Shown here in pieces: positions 46,619 through 56,161 of a stretch of 64,000 nucleotides of DNA. Origin of the DNA: a virus (taxonomy: Duplodnaviria > Caudoviricetes); the IMG/VR virus record IMGVR_UViG_2974727065_000001, positions 1-64,000 of that record, one strand, 5' to 3'. Position numbers and translations under genes: made by a program. Under the pieces are notes generated by a model. It had not been told where the DNA came from. It saw only the letters and a program-made list of their open reading frames with translations, and did no database searches. The first letter of the stretch is position 1; each line of letters starts with the position of its first letter.

Positions 46619-47248
46619 ATGGCTATCATCAAGAACGTAGAACTGCACTGGACCAAACTCGACCCGAAACGCCCGACCGTCATCAATGAAAAAGACGATG
46701 GTGAGAAAGTTACTGGTTGGGAAGTTGAATGTCGGACCACCGAGAAAGCTCAAGCTCAGGCTTGGAAGAAACTCGTTGGAGCAAAGTCTGTTCGCGCTAT
46801 TCGTGAAGACAAAGATGACGAGGAAAGCCCGATCTTGTACTGGCGTATGAAGCTTCGTAAGAAGCAATTCAATGCTGCTGGTGACGAAAAGGATGCACCT
46901 GAAGTAGTGCGCGGCGATACCCTCGAAGCAATGGATCCGAACATCATCGGGAATGAGTCTATCGCAGACCTGCGTATCTTCCAGTATGATTACTCCTTCA
47001 AGCAAGGTGGTCAACTGGTCGAAGGCGTGGCTTCCGTCCTGATGGGCGTGAAAGTTAAGCGTCTGGTCAAGTACGTCCCGCAAGCTCGTGAAGAGTGGGA
47101 TGAAGACGATAACGAATTCGAAGTTGTAGGCGGTGAAGACGCCGAGAAGGAATGGGACAACAAGGAAGACGAGCAACCGAAAGGTAAATCGAAGTCCAAA
47201 GCAAAACGTCCGTCGAATGACATCGATGACGATGAAATCCCGTTCTAA
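46619..47248 (+). CDS. ssb: single-stranded DNA-binding protein (T7 gp2.5-like)
   Basis: IIGNESIADL, LMGVKVKRLVKYVP, acidic tail ending DDDEIPF. Confidence 0.8.
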   Translation: MAIIKNVELHWTKLDPKRPTVINEKDDGEKVTGWEVECRTTEKAQAQAWKKLVGAKSVRAIREDKDDEESPILYWRMKLRKKQFNAAGDEKDAPEVVRGDTLEAMDPNIIGNESIADLRIFQYDYSFKQGGQLVEGVASVLMGVKVKRLVKYVPQAREEWDEDDNEFEVVGGEDAEKEWDNKEDEQPKGKSKSKAKRPSNDIDDDEIPF

Positions 47249-47266
47249 ATCCAAGTATTGAAAATC

Positions 47267-47296
47267 TTAGGGGAGACTGTAATGGTCTCTCCTTAA
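47267..47296 (+). terminator. hairpin after ssb
   Basis: TTAGGGGAGAC...GTCTCTCCTTAA. Confidence 0.5.
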
Positions 47297-47355
47297 TTAC
47301 CAATTTGGAGACTATCTTGTCCTGTAACCTCTTCTACATCAAAAGGAATGATGCT

Positions 47356-47601
47356 TTGCCTCACAACTACCAACCCGCCGCTACCCGTGAAGATCTTGAA
47401 GAAATGCAGTACTGTTACGATGAACGTGCTGGGATCATCGAATTCGATGGTGGTTCCCCTCGTGAAGAAGCTGAACAACTAGCAGCAGAGTTCATGGGCT
47501 TTCTGAACAAAGATGCTTTCGACTATTTCATCCGGGTTCGCCTCGAAGAGATCGAGTTCAAAGAAGCCACGGGTAAGGATCTTCAAGAGACCTTCCTGTG
47601 A
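47356..47601 (+). CDS. hypothetical protein (YDERAGIIEFDGG motif)
   Basis: AAGGAA then TTG; ERAGIIEFDGG.PREEAE. Confidence 0.55.
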   Translation: MPHNYQPAATREDLEEMQYCYDERAGIIEFDGGSPREEAEQLAAEFMGFLNKDAFDYFIRVRLEEIEFKEATGKDLQETFL

Positions 47602-47633
47602 ACAGAGTACAGAAACGACTGATAAAGGAATTG

Positions 47634-48089
47634 ATGATGCACTCTTGGGACAAACGCTTTATGGAAATGGCTGAGCTTGTCGCTAGCTGGTCCAAAGATC
47701 CCCGTACCAAGGTTGGCTGTGTATTGGCTGACTCAAAGCACCGCGTATTGGGTGTTGGTTATAACGGCTTCCCTCGTGGAGTCAATGATCGGGATGATCG
47801 GTATGCGAACCGAGAAGTCAAACTGGCGATGGTAAAACACGCCGAAGAGAATGCTGTGTTCAATGCAGCGAAACATGATCTGAGTGATGCAGTAGCTTAT
47901 GTTACTCTCGCTCCCTGCTCGTCTTGTGCAGGTACACTAATCCAAGCTGGGGTTCGTCGGGTGGTATTCCCTGAACCGGACCCTGAGCACATGACCCGTC
48001 ACTACGGGAACTACGAACTGATGCTTCAGATGTTGTCCGAGGCACGAGTTCTGAAATCTGTAATCACCAAAGAAGGAGTTATCAAATGA
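47634..48089 (+). CDS. dCMP deaminase
   Basis: SKDPRTKVGC, GYNGFPRG, HAEENA, PCSSCA. Confidence 0.95.
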   Translation: MMHSWDKRFMEMAELVASWSKDPRTKVGCVLADSKHRVLGVGYNGFPRGVNDRDDRYANREVKLAMVKHAEENAVFNAAKHDLSDAVAYVTLAPCSSCAGTLIQAGVRRVVFPEPDPEHMTRHYGNYELMLQMLSEARVLKSVITKEGVIK

Positions 48090-48511
48090 GCAACACTGTA
48101 GATCGCAACAAACTGAACACCGTCCAAGCAAAACATCACCAACTGGTTCCCGGTGAGGAACTGGAACGGGCGCTGGCTGAAGGTCGTGACATCGGCTTCA
48201 ATGATCTGGCTGCTCACATCGGTGCAAAGTGTCACCCCTACCTCGGCCCTACTCTGTCTCATGCTCTGAAGTATCAGACACGGTTTGGACGTAAGGACGA
48301 TGAACGTCAAGAAGTCGAGAAGGCTATCTGGTACCTGATGGATCTTCACAACCGAATTGCTGACCTGAATGGTGAGAAGCGTGACTTCGCTCCTTGGCGT
48401 CACATGGGTAAGCTGTCTCAACTGGATGAGATCAAACGTCAGATGTTTGAAGACTCAAAGTCAGGTGTTGACATTTTCCATGAGTTCTACAAAGACGAGA
48501 AAGGTCAATAA
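48086..48511 (+). CDS. DUF3310-like (T7 gp1.7-like) protein
   Basis: ALKYQTRFGRKDD..QEVEKAIWYL. Confidence 0.6.
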   Translation: MSNTVDRNKLNTVQAKHHQLVPGEELERALAEGRDIGFNDLAAHIGAKCHPYLGPTLSHALKYQTRFGRKDDERQEVEKAIWYLMDLHNRIADLNGEKRDFAPWRHMGKLSQLDEIKRQMFEDSKSGVDIFHEFYKDEKGQ

Positions 48512-48512
48512 C

Positions 48513-50498
48513 TTGACGAAAAAACGCTGTGTATTCGATACTGAATTCGATGGTTTTCTTCGATACCTGACTCAGTTCCACTGCGCCGGGATTATCGATG
48601 CAGACACCGAAGAGGAGTTCTGGTTCTTGCCTTGGCAGTTCCAAGAGTTCCTTGACAAGTTGGAAGAATACGATATCAGGGCCGCTCACAACGGCTCTGG
48701 TTACGACGAGAAAGCGATCGAGATTTACGCGAAGATGCAAGGGATTGACTGGAAAGCTGATCCTGACAAATTCGTTGACACCTTGATCATGTCTCAGGTT
48801 CTCAACTACAAACGCTTCAATAACCTTGATGCAAACTATAAGGAGTACATGCGTTACCGCGAAGGTAAGAAAAACCGTGGAGAGAATCCCGGTAAACTGA
48901 TTATGGCAGAGGGCCACTCTCTGGGTCGTTGGGGTATCTTCTTCAAAGACTTCAAAGGTGAGTTCACTGACTTCTCAGTCTTCACACCAGAAATGTTTGA
49001 CTACATGAAGCAGGACGTCCGTCTTGGACTCCGCATCTACCTTCACTTGATCGATGAACTCAAGGAGTGGATCCGTAAAGCAGGTGACAATCAGATCATT
49101 AGAGCGATCCAGATTGAGACCGACATGAACCGGGTCACCACTGAGCAGCACATCAATGGTTGGCGTCTCGACAAAGAGAAGTTGCCAGAGGTTGTTTCGA
49201 AGATTGAAGCTCGGATGCAAGAGATTGCTGATGATATTAATCCTCGTCTTGGGAAGCTTGTCAGGAAGAAGTCTGGTGACAAGAAAGGTTACGACAAGAA
49301 AGGTGAGTACGCTAAACAGGTCAAGTTCACCAAGTCGGGACAGATGGACCACCATACCCGGAAGTGGTTTGACCTTCCTGATGATGCTACAGTGAAGAAC
49401 AACTATGGTGTTGTTGGTGACTATTGTCGTGTTGAGTTCGAAGATGCTGACCTTGGTAATACCGAGGCAGTGAAATCCTACCTCTACAAACTTGGATGGG
49501 TTCCCGATGAATACAATGGAAAATGGGATGAAGATGAAGACGGAAAGCGGTTCTGGCGGAAAACCTCCGCTAAGATTACCGAGAGTTCCCTCGAACATCT
49601 TGAAGGTGCTGGAGCTATCAACGAGTTCTACACCCTCCGCTCTCGTAAGAGTATCATTGAAGGGTGGTCAGAATATATTGACGACGAGGGACGTCTACAT
49701 GGCGACGCTTTCAATATTGGAACACCCACCTTCCGACAAACACACTCTATCATCGTTAACCTTCCGTCTGGCAAGGCAACTCTTGGCCCAGAAATCCGAG
49801 GGTTGTTCGTCGCATCGGAGGGCTGGCAAATCGTTTCTGCCGATAGCGCAGCTTGTCAGCTTCGCCTACTCTCCCACTACATGAAGGATGATGACTTTCT
49901 GAAAGAGCTTCTTGATGGTGACATGCACCAGAAGAACGCAGACATCTTGACTGCTGCTGCTCGGAAAGTCCTCAAAGATCAGGGTATCACAATCCCACGC
50001 CCTGACGCTAAACCCTTCATCTTCGCCTTCCTGTATGGTGCAGGTGGACCTAAACTGTCTCGTATTCTGGGTCTTCCAGAGCACGTTGGTAACAAGCTGA
50101 AGGATCAATTTCAGGCTGGCTACCCTAGGCTGGACAAGTTGATCAAGCGTGTTAAGTCGATCGTAAAGAACCAAGGTTTTATCATTGGACTTGATTCTCG
50201 ACCGATCTACTGTGAGTCTCAACACAAGGCACTCAACTACTTGATCCAAGGGGCTGAAGCTGTTGTGATGAAGGCGACTGTGGCGATGCTTTGGCGTCGT
50301 CTCAAGGAAGAGAACATCCCTCACCGGATGTTGCTGTTCTATCACGATGAAATGAACTTTGAAGTACCACAGGAGTACGTTGAACGAGCAAGAGAAATCA
50401 CAATGGAGTGCTTCGCCGAAGCTCCTAAAGAATTCGGTGTAGATATCATGGTCTGCGGTGACTGTATCGCAGGGAACGACTACTACGAGGTACACTAA
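48513..50498 (+). CDS. polA: DNA polymerase family A (T7-like, 3'-5' exonuclease plus polymerase)
   Basis: FDTEFDG, AHNGSGYD, YMKQDV, SADSAACQLRLLSHYM, motif B RPDAKPFIFAFLYG (Phe at E. coli 762-equivalent), FYHDE; TTG start 48513. Confidence 0.95.
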   Translation: MTKKRCVFDTEFDGFLRYLTQFHCAGIIDADTEEEFWFLPWQFQEFLDKLEEYDIRAAHNGSGYDEKAIEIYAKMQGIDWKADPDKFVDTLIMSQVLNYKRFNNLDANYKEYMRYREGKKNRGENPGKLIMAEGHSLGRWGIFFKDFKGEFTDFSVFTPEMFDYMKQDVRLGLRIYLHLIDELKEWIRKAGDNQIIRAIQIETDMNRVTTEQHINGWRLDKEKLPEVVSKIEARMQEIADDINPRLGKLVRKKSGDKKGYDKKGEYAKQVKFTKSGQMDHHTRKWFDLPDDATVKNNYGVVGDYCRVEFEDADLGNTEAVKSYLYKLGWVPDEYNGKWDEDEDGKRFWRKTSAKITESSLEHLEGAGAINEFYTLRSRKSIIEGWSEYIDDEGRLHGDAFNIGTPTFRQTHSIIVNLPSGKATLGPEIRGLFVASEGWQIVSADSAACQLRLLSHYMKDDDFLKELLDGDMHQKNADILTAAARKVLKDQGITIPRPDAKPFIFAFLYGAGGPKLSRILGLPEHVGNKLKDQFQAGYPRLDKLIKRVKSIVKNQGFIIGLDSRPIYCESQHKALNYLIQGAEAVVMKATVAMLWRRLKEENIPHRMLLFYHDEMNFEVPQEYVERAREITMECFAEAPKEFGVDIMVCGDCIAGNDYYEVH

Positions 50499-50713
50499 TG
50501 TCTGAACAACAACTTGAACTTCCGCTTGAGGGTCCGCGTCATGAACATGATTGTCGTGGCACTGACTGTTGCCAATACCTTCACACCTACTTCTGTGTGA
50601 GTCGGCAAGTCTGGATGGACGTCTACTTCTCGAAGCACGAAGAGATTTTGATCTATCGCTACAGCAGCGATGGTCCTGATTATATCACTCGTAACGTGAG
50701 GTATCTCCTGTGA
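50498..50713 (+). CDS. hypothetical protein
   Basis: TAATG coupling. Confidence 0.5.
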   Translation: MSEQQLELPLEGPRHEHDCRGTDCCQYLHTYFCVSRQVWMDVYFSKHEEILIYRYSSDGPDYITRNVRYLL

Positions 50714-50757
50714 GCGGACCTGATGTTGTAATCTCAAGAGAACGAAAGGAGGCCCGG

Positions 50758-50982
50758 ATGACTGTCCGGGTTCTCCAAACCAAAGAAGGTAATCCTCTCA
50801 GGGTTACTGTAGACGAGCGGAACCGTATGATCCAGTTCGTCCAATTCAATGATGAGGTCTTCGACGAAGTCCACATGCACATCACAACCTTCGCTGCAAT
50901 CTGCAAAGCTTTCAATGTAGATGAAGCTGAACTCGACAAACTTTACACACTTGAGCCTGTATGGCCTGAAGGAGAACTCTAA
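50758..50982 (+). CDS. hypothetical protein
   Basis: AAGGAGG RBS before ATG 50758. Confidence 0.5.
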   Translation: MTVRVLQTKEGNPLRVTVDERNRMIQFVQFNDEVFDEVHMHITTFAAICKAFNVDEAELDKLYTLEPVWPEGEL

Positions 50983-51233
50983 TGTCCAACCACAAAACCA
51001 AAGAATATCGTCTCGAAATCGAAGCACTGCCGCGTCTGGACAGCATCGTAAAGGATGTCATCGATAGTGTTCAGGACGGAAAAGAGGGTCAGATCGTGAT
51101 CACTCGTCGTTCAGAAGTACACGATGTCGAATTCGAGCGTGATGCCTACGAGGCGTTTATCGGACACGTCTGCCAACAGGTTGTTTCTCAAATGAAATTC
51201 AACTTGAAAGAGGTACGCTCGTATGACAGCTGA
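50982..51233 (+). CDS. hypothetical protein
   Basis: AAGGAG RBS. Confidence 0.5.
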   Translation: MSNHKTKEYRLEIEALPRLDSIVKDVIDSVQDGKEGQIVITRRSEVHDVEFERDAYEAFIGHVCQQVVSQMKFNLKEVRSYDS

Positions 51234-52149
51234 ACCAGAAATCATTGAGTTTGATGAAGCTCCTGAGAAACGTCTCCTGATTGATGGGGACGTTCTTATC
51301 CACATGGCTTGTTGGCAAAAACCTATCAGCAAGAAGAAACAAGAGGAAATGAAAGAAGAGATCGAAGAGATCAGGGAATTCCAAGGTGACAACGAGTTGA
51401 TCGCTCGTCTTGAGAAGAAACTTGAAGACTCGATCCTGACCTACCAGCCGACAATCGAGAAGGCTCAGTCCCGTTTCCGTCACTTCATGCGGCAATCACT
51501 GGAAAGGTCTCACTGTGAAGAATACTCAATGGCGATTGGTGACAGTAAAGATAACTGGCGGCTCGACATCCATCCTGAGTACAAGCTGCACAAAGGACGG
51601 GCTGGTAACAACAAGAAACGAGCACCTTACATTCAAGACCTCCGTATGTGGGCGGTTAAAGAATACGGTGCGCACTACTGTCAAGGTTATGAAGCAGATG
51701 ATGCCATTCGAACTTGGGCTACAAGGTTGGGTATTGGTAATTACGTTGTTTGTTCTGTTGATAAAGACCTCAACCTGATCCCCGGAGATCACTTCGATCC
51801 CAAGACAGATGACAAAGATAAACGGTTCTGGTATATGGAACCTGAAGAGTCGGCGATGTTCTTCTGGGAGCAAATGCTCACAGGTGACTCGATCGATAAC
51901 ATACCCGGTATCAGAGGTATCGGCCCTAAGAAGGCAGCGAAACTACTTGAGCCTTGCGAGAATGAGCAGGACTGTAAGGAAGTTGTCGTACAACAATATG
52001 ACCTCAAATACGGGGAAGAAGGCTACAAAGAACTCCTGTTCAATGGGCAGCTTCTCCACATTTGGCGAAGCAAAGGAGATAATTGGAGCTTTGACCCGAA
52101 AGAATACGAAGAAATCACTGGAACCAAGCCCGTTGTTGGGCGCGAATGA
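51223..52149 (+). CDS. 5'-3' exonuclease (T7 gp6-like)
   Basis: LLIDGDVL, YKLHKGR, YEADDAI, SVDKDLNLIPG, LTGDSIDNIPGIRGIGPKKA. Confidence 0.92.
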   Translation: MTAEPEIIEFDEAPEKRLLIDGDVLIHMACWQKPISKKKQEEMKEEIEEIREFQGDNELIARLEKKLEDSILTYQPTIEKAQSRFRHFMRQSLERSHCEEYSMAIGDSKDNWRLDIHPEYKLHKGRAGNNKKRAPYIQDLRMWAVKEYGAHYCQGYEADDAIRTWATRLGIGNYVVCSVDKDLNLIPGDHFDPKTDDKDKRFWYMEPEESAMFFWEQMLTGDSIDNIPGIRGIGPKKAAKLLEPCENEQDCKEVVVQQYDLKYGEEGYKELLFNGQLLHIWRSKGDNWSFDPKEYEEITGTKPVVGRE

Positions 52150-52615
52150 AATAGGCCATTGGGAGTTCACGAAGAAGTTTCGTGTCTCTGAGTGGTTCGG
52201 CTTTATCTACTGCATCACTCGTAAGTCTGATGGAAAGTTTTACTTCGGTAAGAAACAACTCAGAGTGATGGGAAAGAAACGTAGTGCGAATTATGGGAAG
52301 GAGCATAGCTGGCGCACCTACACAGGTTCATCAGATGTGTTGAACAAGGACATCAAGGCTCTTGGTAAGGATGCTTTCGACTTTGAGATCGTTGATCTTT
52401 ACAAGACAAAAGGTGGTCTGTACTACGCAGAAGCTTATCTGCAAATGGTTAGCAACTCTCTACCTCTGCGCTTGCCCTCTGATCCTGAAAAGTTCGCTTC
52501 TTACAACGCAACAATCGCGGCTGTTCGCTTCATCCCGAAGGAAGAGCCTACCTACAGAACAAAGACTTTCGTATCGAAGGTCAACAAACGTCTAAAGGAA
52601 AGATCACCAAAGTGA
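52133..52615 (+). CDS. GIY-YIG-like endonuclease (T4 EndoII/DenA-like); start uncertain
   Basis: GFIYCIT...KFYFGKK...WRTYTGSS..L..DI..LGKDAF.FEI. Confidence 0.65.
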   Translation: MLGANEIGHWEFTKKFRVSEWFGFIYCITRKSDGKFYFGKKQLRVMGKKRSANYGKEHSWRTYTGSSDVLNKDIKALGKDAFDFEIVDLYKTKGGLYYAEAYLQMVSNSLPLRLPSDPEKFASYNATIAAVRFIPKEEPTYRTKTFVSKVNKRLKERSPK

Positions 52616-52764
52616 AATACATCGTTGCTGCTGTAGCATTCTTATCTCTAATCCTTGTTGGGGTCGGCATCTTTGCTGGCTCCAACGACCTCATCCTGAA
52701 AGGGCTTGTGACTGGCTACCTGAATACGTGGCTTGCCGCAGTCTTTAAACAAATCAAGAAGTAA
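52612..52764 (+). CDS. small membrane protein (50 aa)
   Basis: GTGA coupling; YIVAAVAFLSLILVGVGIF. Confidence 0.5.
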   Translation: MKYIVAAVAFLSLILVGVGIFAGSNDLILKGLVTGYLNTWLAAVFKQIKK

Positions 52765-52773
52765 GGAATCCTA

Positions 52774-54681
52774 ATGCCAAGCAAGATCGTTCTCCCAAAA
52801 CAACCCTGTCCAGTTCACGGTGGATCGGACTCTGTAGCGGTCTACGATGATGGGTCTGCACATTGCTTCAATGGTGAGTGTAACCATCACTGGCGACCGG
52901 GATCGTATGACTTCGACACTGACACTTTTATTGACCCCAAGAAAAGGAAACATGATGACGGGCTTTCTGACGACGATGAAGATGATGATGTTGACATGTC
53001 TCAATTCATTGAAGAAGACGAGGACGAAGCACCTCGACGGAAAACCACAACAAAGCGAACCACATCAAGACGTGGAAAAGCAGTTGAACCTAATCCCCAA
53101 GAAGTCGTCAACAAAATCTTCGACGGTTACGAAGCCGACAAATACAAATATCGCGGCGTTTCGGAGGCGGTTGTTGACTTCTACCGCTGTCGTATCTCCT
53201 ACAACAATGATGGTACCCAGAAGGCGATCTACTACGCTTACAACCTCGACGAAAACCTCCACCCACAAGGATACAAGAAAAGGATCCTACCGAAAGACTT
53301 CTCTGAAGGGTCGGTCGGGAAGGTCTCTGGTACTTTTGGACGAGGCTTGTTCAGTGGCGGAAAGCGGCTCATTCTCACAGAGGGAGAAGATGATACCTTT
53401 GTCATCCAAGAGGCTTACTACCGAAAGTATGGGCGTATGTACCCCGTCCAGTCGCTACGTTCCTCCACTGGGGTCAAAGATCTCGTAGAAGAACGGGAGG
53501 AAATGAGGAAGTTCAAAGAAATCATCCTCTGGCTCGACAACGACTCTGCTGGTGAGAAGGCACTCAAAGAGGCTGCTAAGATCCTTGGCTATGATAAGGT
53601 CAAGGTCGTAAAGTGTGGCTACAAGGATGCTGGTGATGTCGCCCGTGAAGAGGGTATCGAAAGAGTCCTTGGCTACATCTATGATGCCACTGAGTACTCC
53701 CCTGCTGCTATCCTCAACGGCAAAGATCTCTGGGAACGTGTCGTCAACTACAACGAGAAACCAAGTATCAGTTACCCCGCCTTCATGGCAGGTCTGAATG
53801 AGAAACTTGGTGGTATGCGTTTCGGAGAGATCACTCTGTGGACTTCTGGTACTGGTTCTGGGAAGTCAACACTGATGAGGGAGATCATGTATCACCTCAG
53901 TCAGATTGCTAAGTTGATCACGGCTGGTGAAGAGTTCTTCGAAACAGAGAACTACAAGAAGTTGATCGAACTTTGTCCAAGTATGGAGAACTATGAGTGG
54001 GAACAAACACCAAGGATCGGCGTTGTCACCCTTGAAGAAAGTCCAGAAGAGACTGCCCGTAAGTTGGCAGGTATGGCAATCAATCGCAACCCCGCTGCTG
54101 AAGATATCGACATCGATGACCTGAAACCGGGCTTTGATGATGTGTTTGGTGATGGGAATGTTCTCGTTCTTGACCACCAAGGCTCTATCGATGATGGTTC
54201 TATCATGGACCACCTTGAATACATGTGCCTCAAAGGTTGTAAGTGGATCTTTGTTGACCACATCACCATTCTGGTATCTGAAGGTATGGATGGACTCTCA
54301 GGAAACGAGGCGATTGACAAGATCATGAACGACCTGCTGAAGCTGGTCAAGAAGTATGACGTATGGATCGGCTTGATTAGTCACCTGCGTAAAACACCTA
54401 ACGATAAGGTATCGTTCGAGGAAGGCAAGATCCCTTCTCTGGATGATATCAAAGGCTCAGGCTCTATCAAACAGATTGCATTTGACGTGATCGGGTTCGC
54501 CCGTAATCAAGCCTCAAATGATGAAGATGAGCGAAACACAGTGAATACAAAGGTTCTGAAATGCCGCTACACAGGTAAAACAGGACCATCCGGTGCCTTC
54601 CTCTACGACTTCATGACAGGTCGTATGCAGAAAGGTGACGACTCTTTCATGACTGAAAAAGGAGCTTTCGAAGTTGTCTGA
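52774..54681 (+). CDS. primase-helicase (T7 gp4-like)
   Basis: Zn motif CPVHGGSD..HCF..C, TOPRIM LTEGEDD and WLDNDSAG, Walker A SGTGSGKST, FVDHITI, ISHLRK, KGSGSIKQ. Confidence 0.95.
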   Translation: MPSKIVLPKQPCPVHGGSDSVAVYDDGSAHCFNGECNHHWRPGSYDFDTDTFIDPKKRKHDDGLSDDDEDDDVDMSQFIEEDEDEAPRRKTTTKRTTSRRGKAVEPNPQEVVNKIFDGYEADKYKYRGVSEAVVDFYRCRISYNNDGTQKAIYYAYNLDENLHPQGYKKRILPKDFSEGSVGKVSGTFGRGLFSGGKRLILTEGEDDTFVIQEAYYRKYGRMYPVQSLRSSTGVKDLVEEREEMRKFKEIILWLDNDSAGEKALKEAAKILGYDKVKVVKCGYKDAGDVAREEGIERVLGYIYDATEYSPAAILNGKDLWERVVNYNEKPSISYPAFMAGLNEKLGGMRFGEITLWTSGTGSGKSTLMREIMYHLSQIAKLITAGEEFFETENYKKLIELCPSMENYEWEQTPRIGVVTLEESPEETARKLAGMAINRNPAAEDIDIDDLKPGFDDVFGDGNVLVLDHQGSIDDGSIMDHLEYMCLKGCKWIFVDHITILVSEGMDGLSGNEAIDKIMNDLLKLVKKYDVWIGLISHLRKTPNDKVSFEEGKIPSLDDIKGSGSIKQIAFDVIGFARNQASNDEDERNTVNTKVLKCRYTGKTGPSGAFLYDFMTGRMQKGDDSFMTEKGAFEVV

Positions 54682-54934
54682 CTTCCGCTTTAACTCTGTA
54701 GATATGTTGCTCATGGACCCCTTCTTCGTGAAGGGCGTCCTGATGGTGATGTACAACCACACGAACCCAGAAACAATCAAAGAAGAGGAACCTGAGTTGT
54801 TCTCACTGATTACACAGATCTTCGACGAAGAAGCCGTTGAAGTTGAGGAGTCATGGGTGATTCCACACGCGAGCTTTGATTATGCTCAGTCCTTGATGGA
54901 CGAAACCAAAATACCAAAGGAAAGGATAAACTAA
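54674..54934 (+). CDS. hypothetical protein
   Basis: AAGGAG RBS. Confidence 0.5.
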   Translation: MSDFRFNSVDMLLMDPFFVKGVLMVMYNHTNPETIKEEEPELFSLITQIFDEEAVEVEESWVIPHASFDYAQSLMDETKIPKERIN

Positions 54935-54935
54935 C

Positions 54936-55163
54936 ATGAGTTATACACCGAAAGACTATGCGGAATTTCTGAAGACCGCTTACCGAAACAACAAAGATGA
55001 CATGGTGGATCACCTTGATAAAGAAGACATCAAGGCTCACTACCCTGAACACTTCCTAGAAGAGACCCGGAAAATCATTACACCTGATCGAGTTACGATA
55101 GGTGACGTTAAAGCGGGAGCCTCAATCTCTGTCGCTAAACCGAAATCAAAGAAACTGAAATAA
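54936..55163 (+). CDS. hypothetical protein
   Basis: AAGGA RBS. Confidence 0.5.
   Translation: MSYTPKDYAEFLKTAYRNNKDDMVDHLDKEDIKAHYPEHFLEETRKIITPDRVTIGDVKAGASISVAKPKSKKLK
55098..55117 (+). promoter_or_regulatory. phage RNAP promoter for nrdB/nrdA
   Basis: ATAGGTGACGTTAAAGCGGG. Confidence 0.75.
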
Positions 55164-55175
55164 GGAGAATCACCC

Positions 55176-56147
55176 ATGATGTTCGAAGAGCAGATCGCTC
55201 GTAAACCTAACCTCTACCCGTGGACGCAAGAATTCATTGATGCGATCTGGTCTACTCACTGGACTCCTAATGAGTTCAACTTTCTTTCTGACAAGAAGCA
55301 ATTCCATCAAGACCTGACTGATGAGCAGCGTGCGGTTATCACTCGTACACTCTCTGCTATCGGCCAGATTGAGATTGCTGTGAAGACCTTCTGGGCGAAC
55401 CTTGGTGACAACCTCCCTCACCCCGGATTGAAAGATCTCGGTTATGTGATGGCAAACAATGAGGTGATCCATAACCAAGCCTATGAGAAGCTTCTTGATG
55501 TCCTCCGTCTAACTGACGCCTTCGAGGCAAATCTGAAAGAAGATGTGGTAGCTGGTCGTGTTAACTATCTTCGCAAATACAACAAACGAACCTATGAGGA
55601 TGACCGGAAACAATACATCTATGCAATCACACTGTTCACGCTGTTCGTCGAGAACGTGTCCCTGTTCAGCCAATTCTTGATCGTCAACCACTTCAACCGT
55701 TTCCATAACGTGTTGAAAGATACTGCACAACAGGTAGAGTACACTCGTGTTGAAGAACAGCTTCACGCGAATGTTGGCATCCGTATCATCAACACTCTTC
55801 GGCAAGAGTACCCAGAACTGTTCGATGATGAGCTTGTTGCCCGTGTGAAACATGAAGCTCAAGAAGCTCTGATTGCTGAGTCGAATGTTATCCGCTGGAT
55901 CATGGGTGGTTACTCGGAAAAAGGTCTGAGTGATGACATCCTGATTGCTTACATCACCAATCGGATCAATGTGTCGATGCAGGACATTGGCTTCGATGTA
56001 AAACTCCCTCTGGACCGTGGTCTATTGGAGTATACCTACTGGATGGATGAAGAATCTACTGGTACAGGTAACTATGACTTCTTCCATAAGCGAGACATTG
56101 CTTACGGTAAATCCACTCAATCTTTCGCTGACGACGACTTGTTCTAA
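55176..56147 (+). CDS. nrdB: ribonucleotide reductase class I beta subunit
   Basis: WTPNEFNF, QIE, NEVIHNQAY, VENVSLFSQF, EEQLH, YDFF. Confidence 0.95.
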   Translation: MMFEEQIARKPNLYPWTQEFIDAIWSTHWTPNEFNFLSDKKQFHQDLTDEQRAVITRTLSAIGQIEIAVKTFWANLGDNLPHPGLKDLGYVMANNEVIHNQAYEKLLDVLRLTDAFEANLKEDVVAGRVNYLRKYNKRTYEDDRKQYIYAITLFTLFVENVSLFSQFLIVNHFNRFHNVLKDTAQQVEYTRVEEQLHANVGIRIINTLRQEYPELFDDELVARVKHEAQEALIAESNVIRWIMGGYSEKGLSDDILIAYITNRINVSMQDIGFDVKLPLDRGLLEYTYWMDEESTGTGNYDFFHKRDIAYGKSTQSFADDDLF

Positions 56148-56161
56148 GAGGACCAATAATA

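Noticed and set aside
48369-48512. N-terminal extension of the DNA polymerase ORF (and 51809-52132 of the GIY-YIG ORF)
   Set aside because: Overlaps upstream genes in another frame; conserved domains begin at 48513 and ~52133
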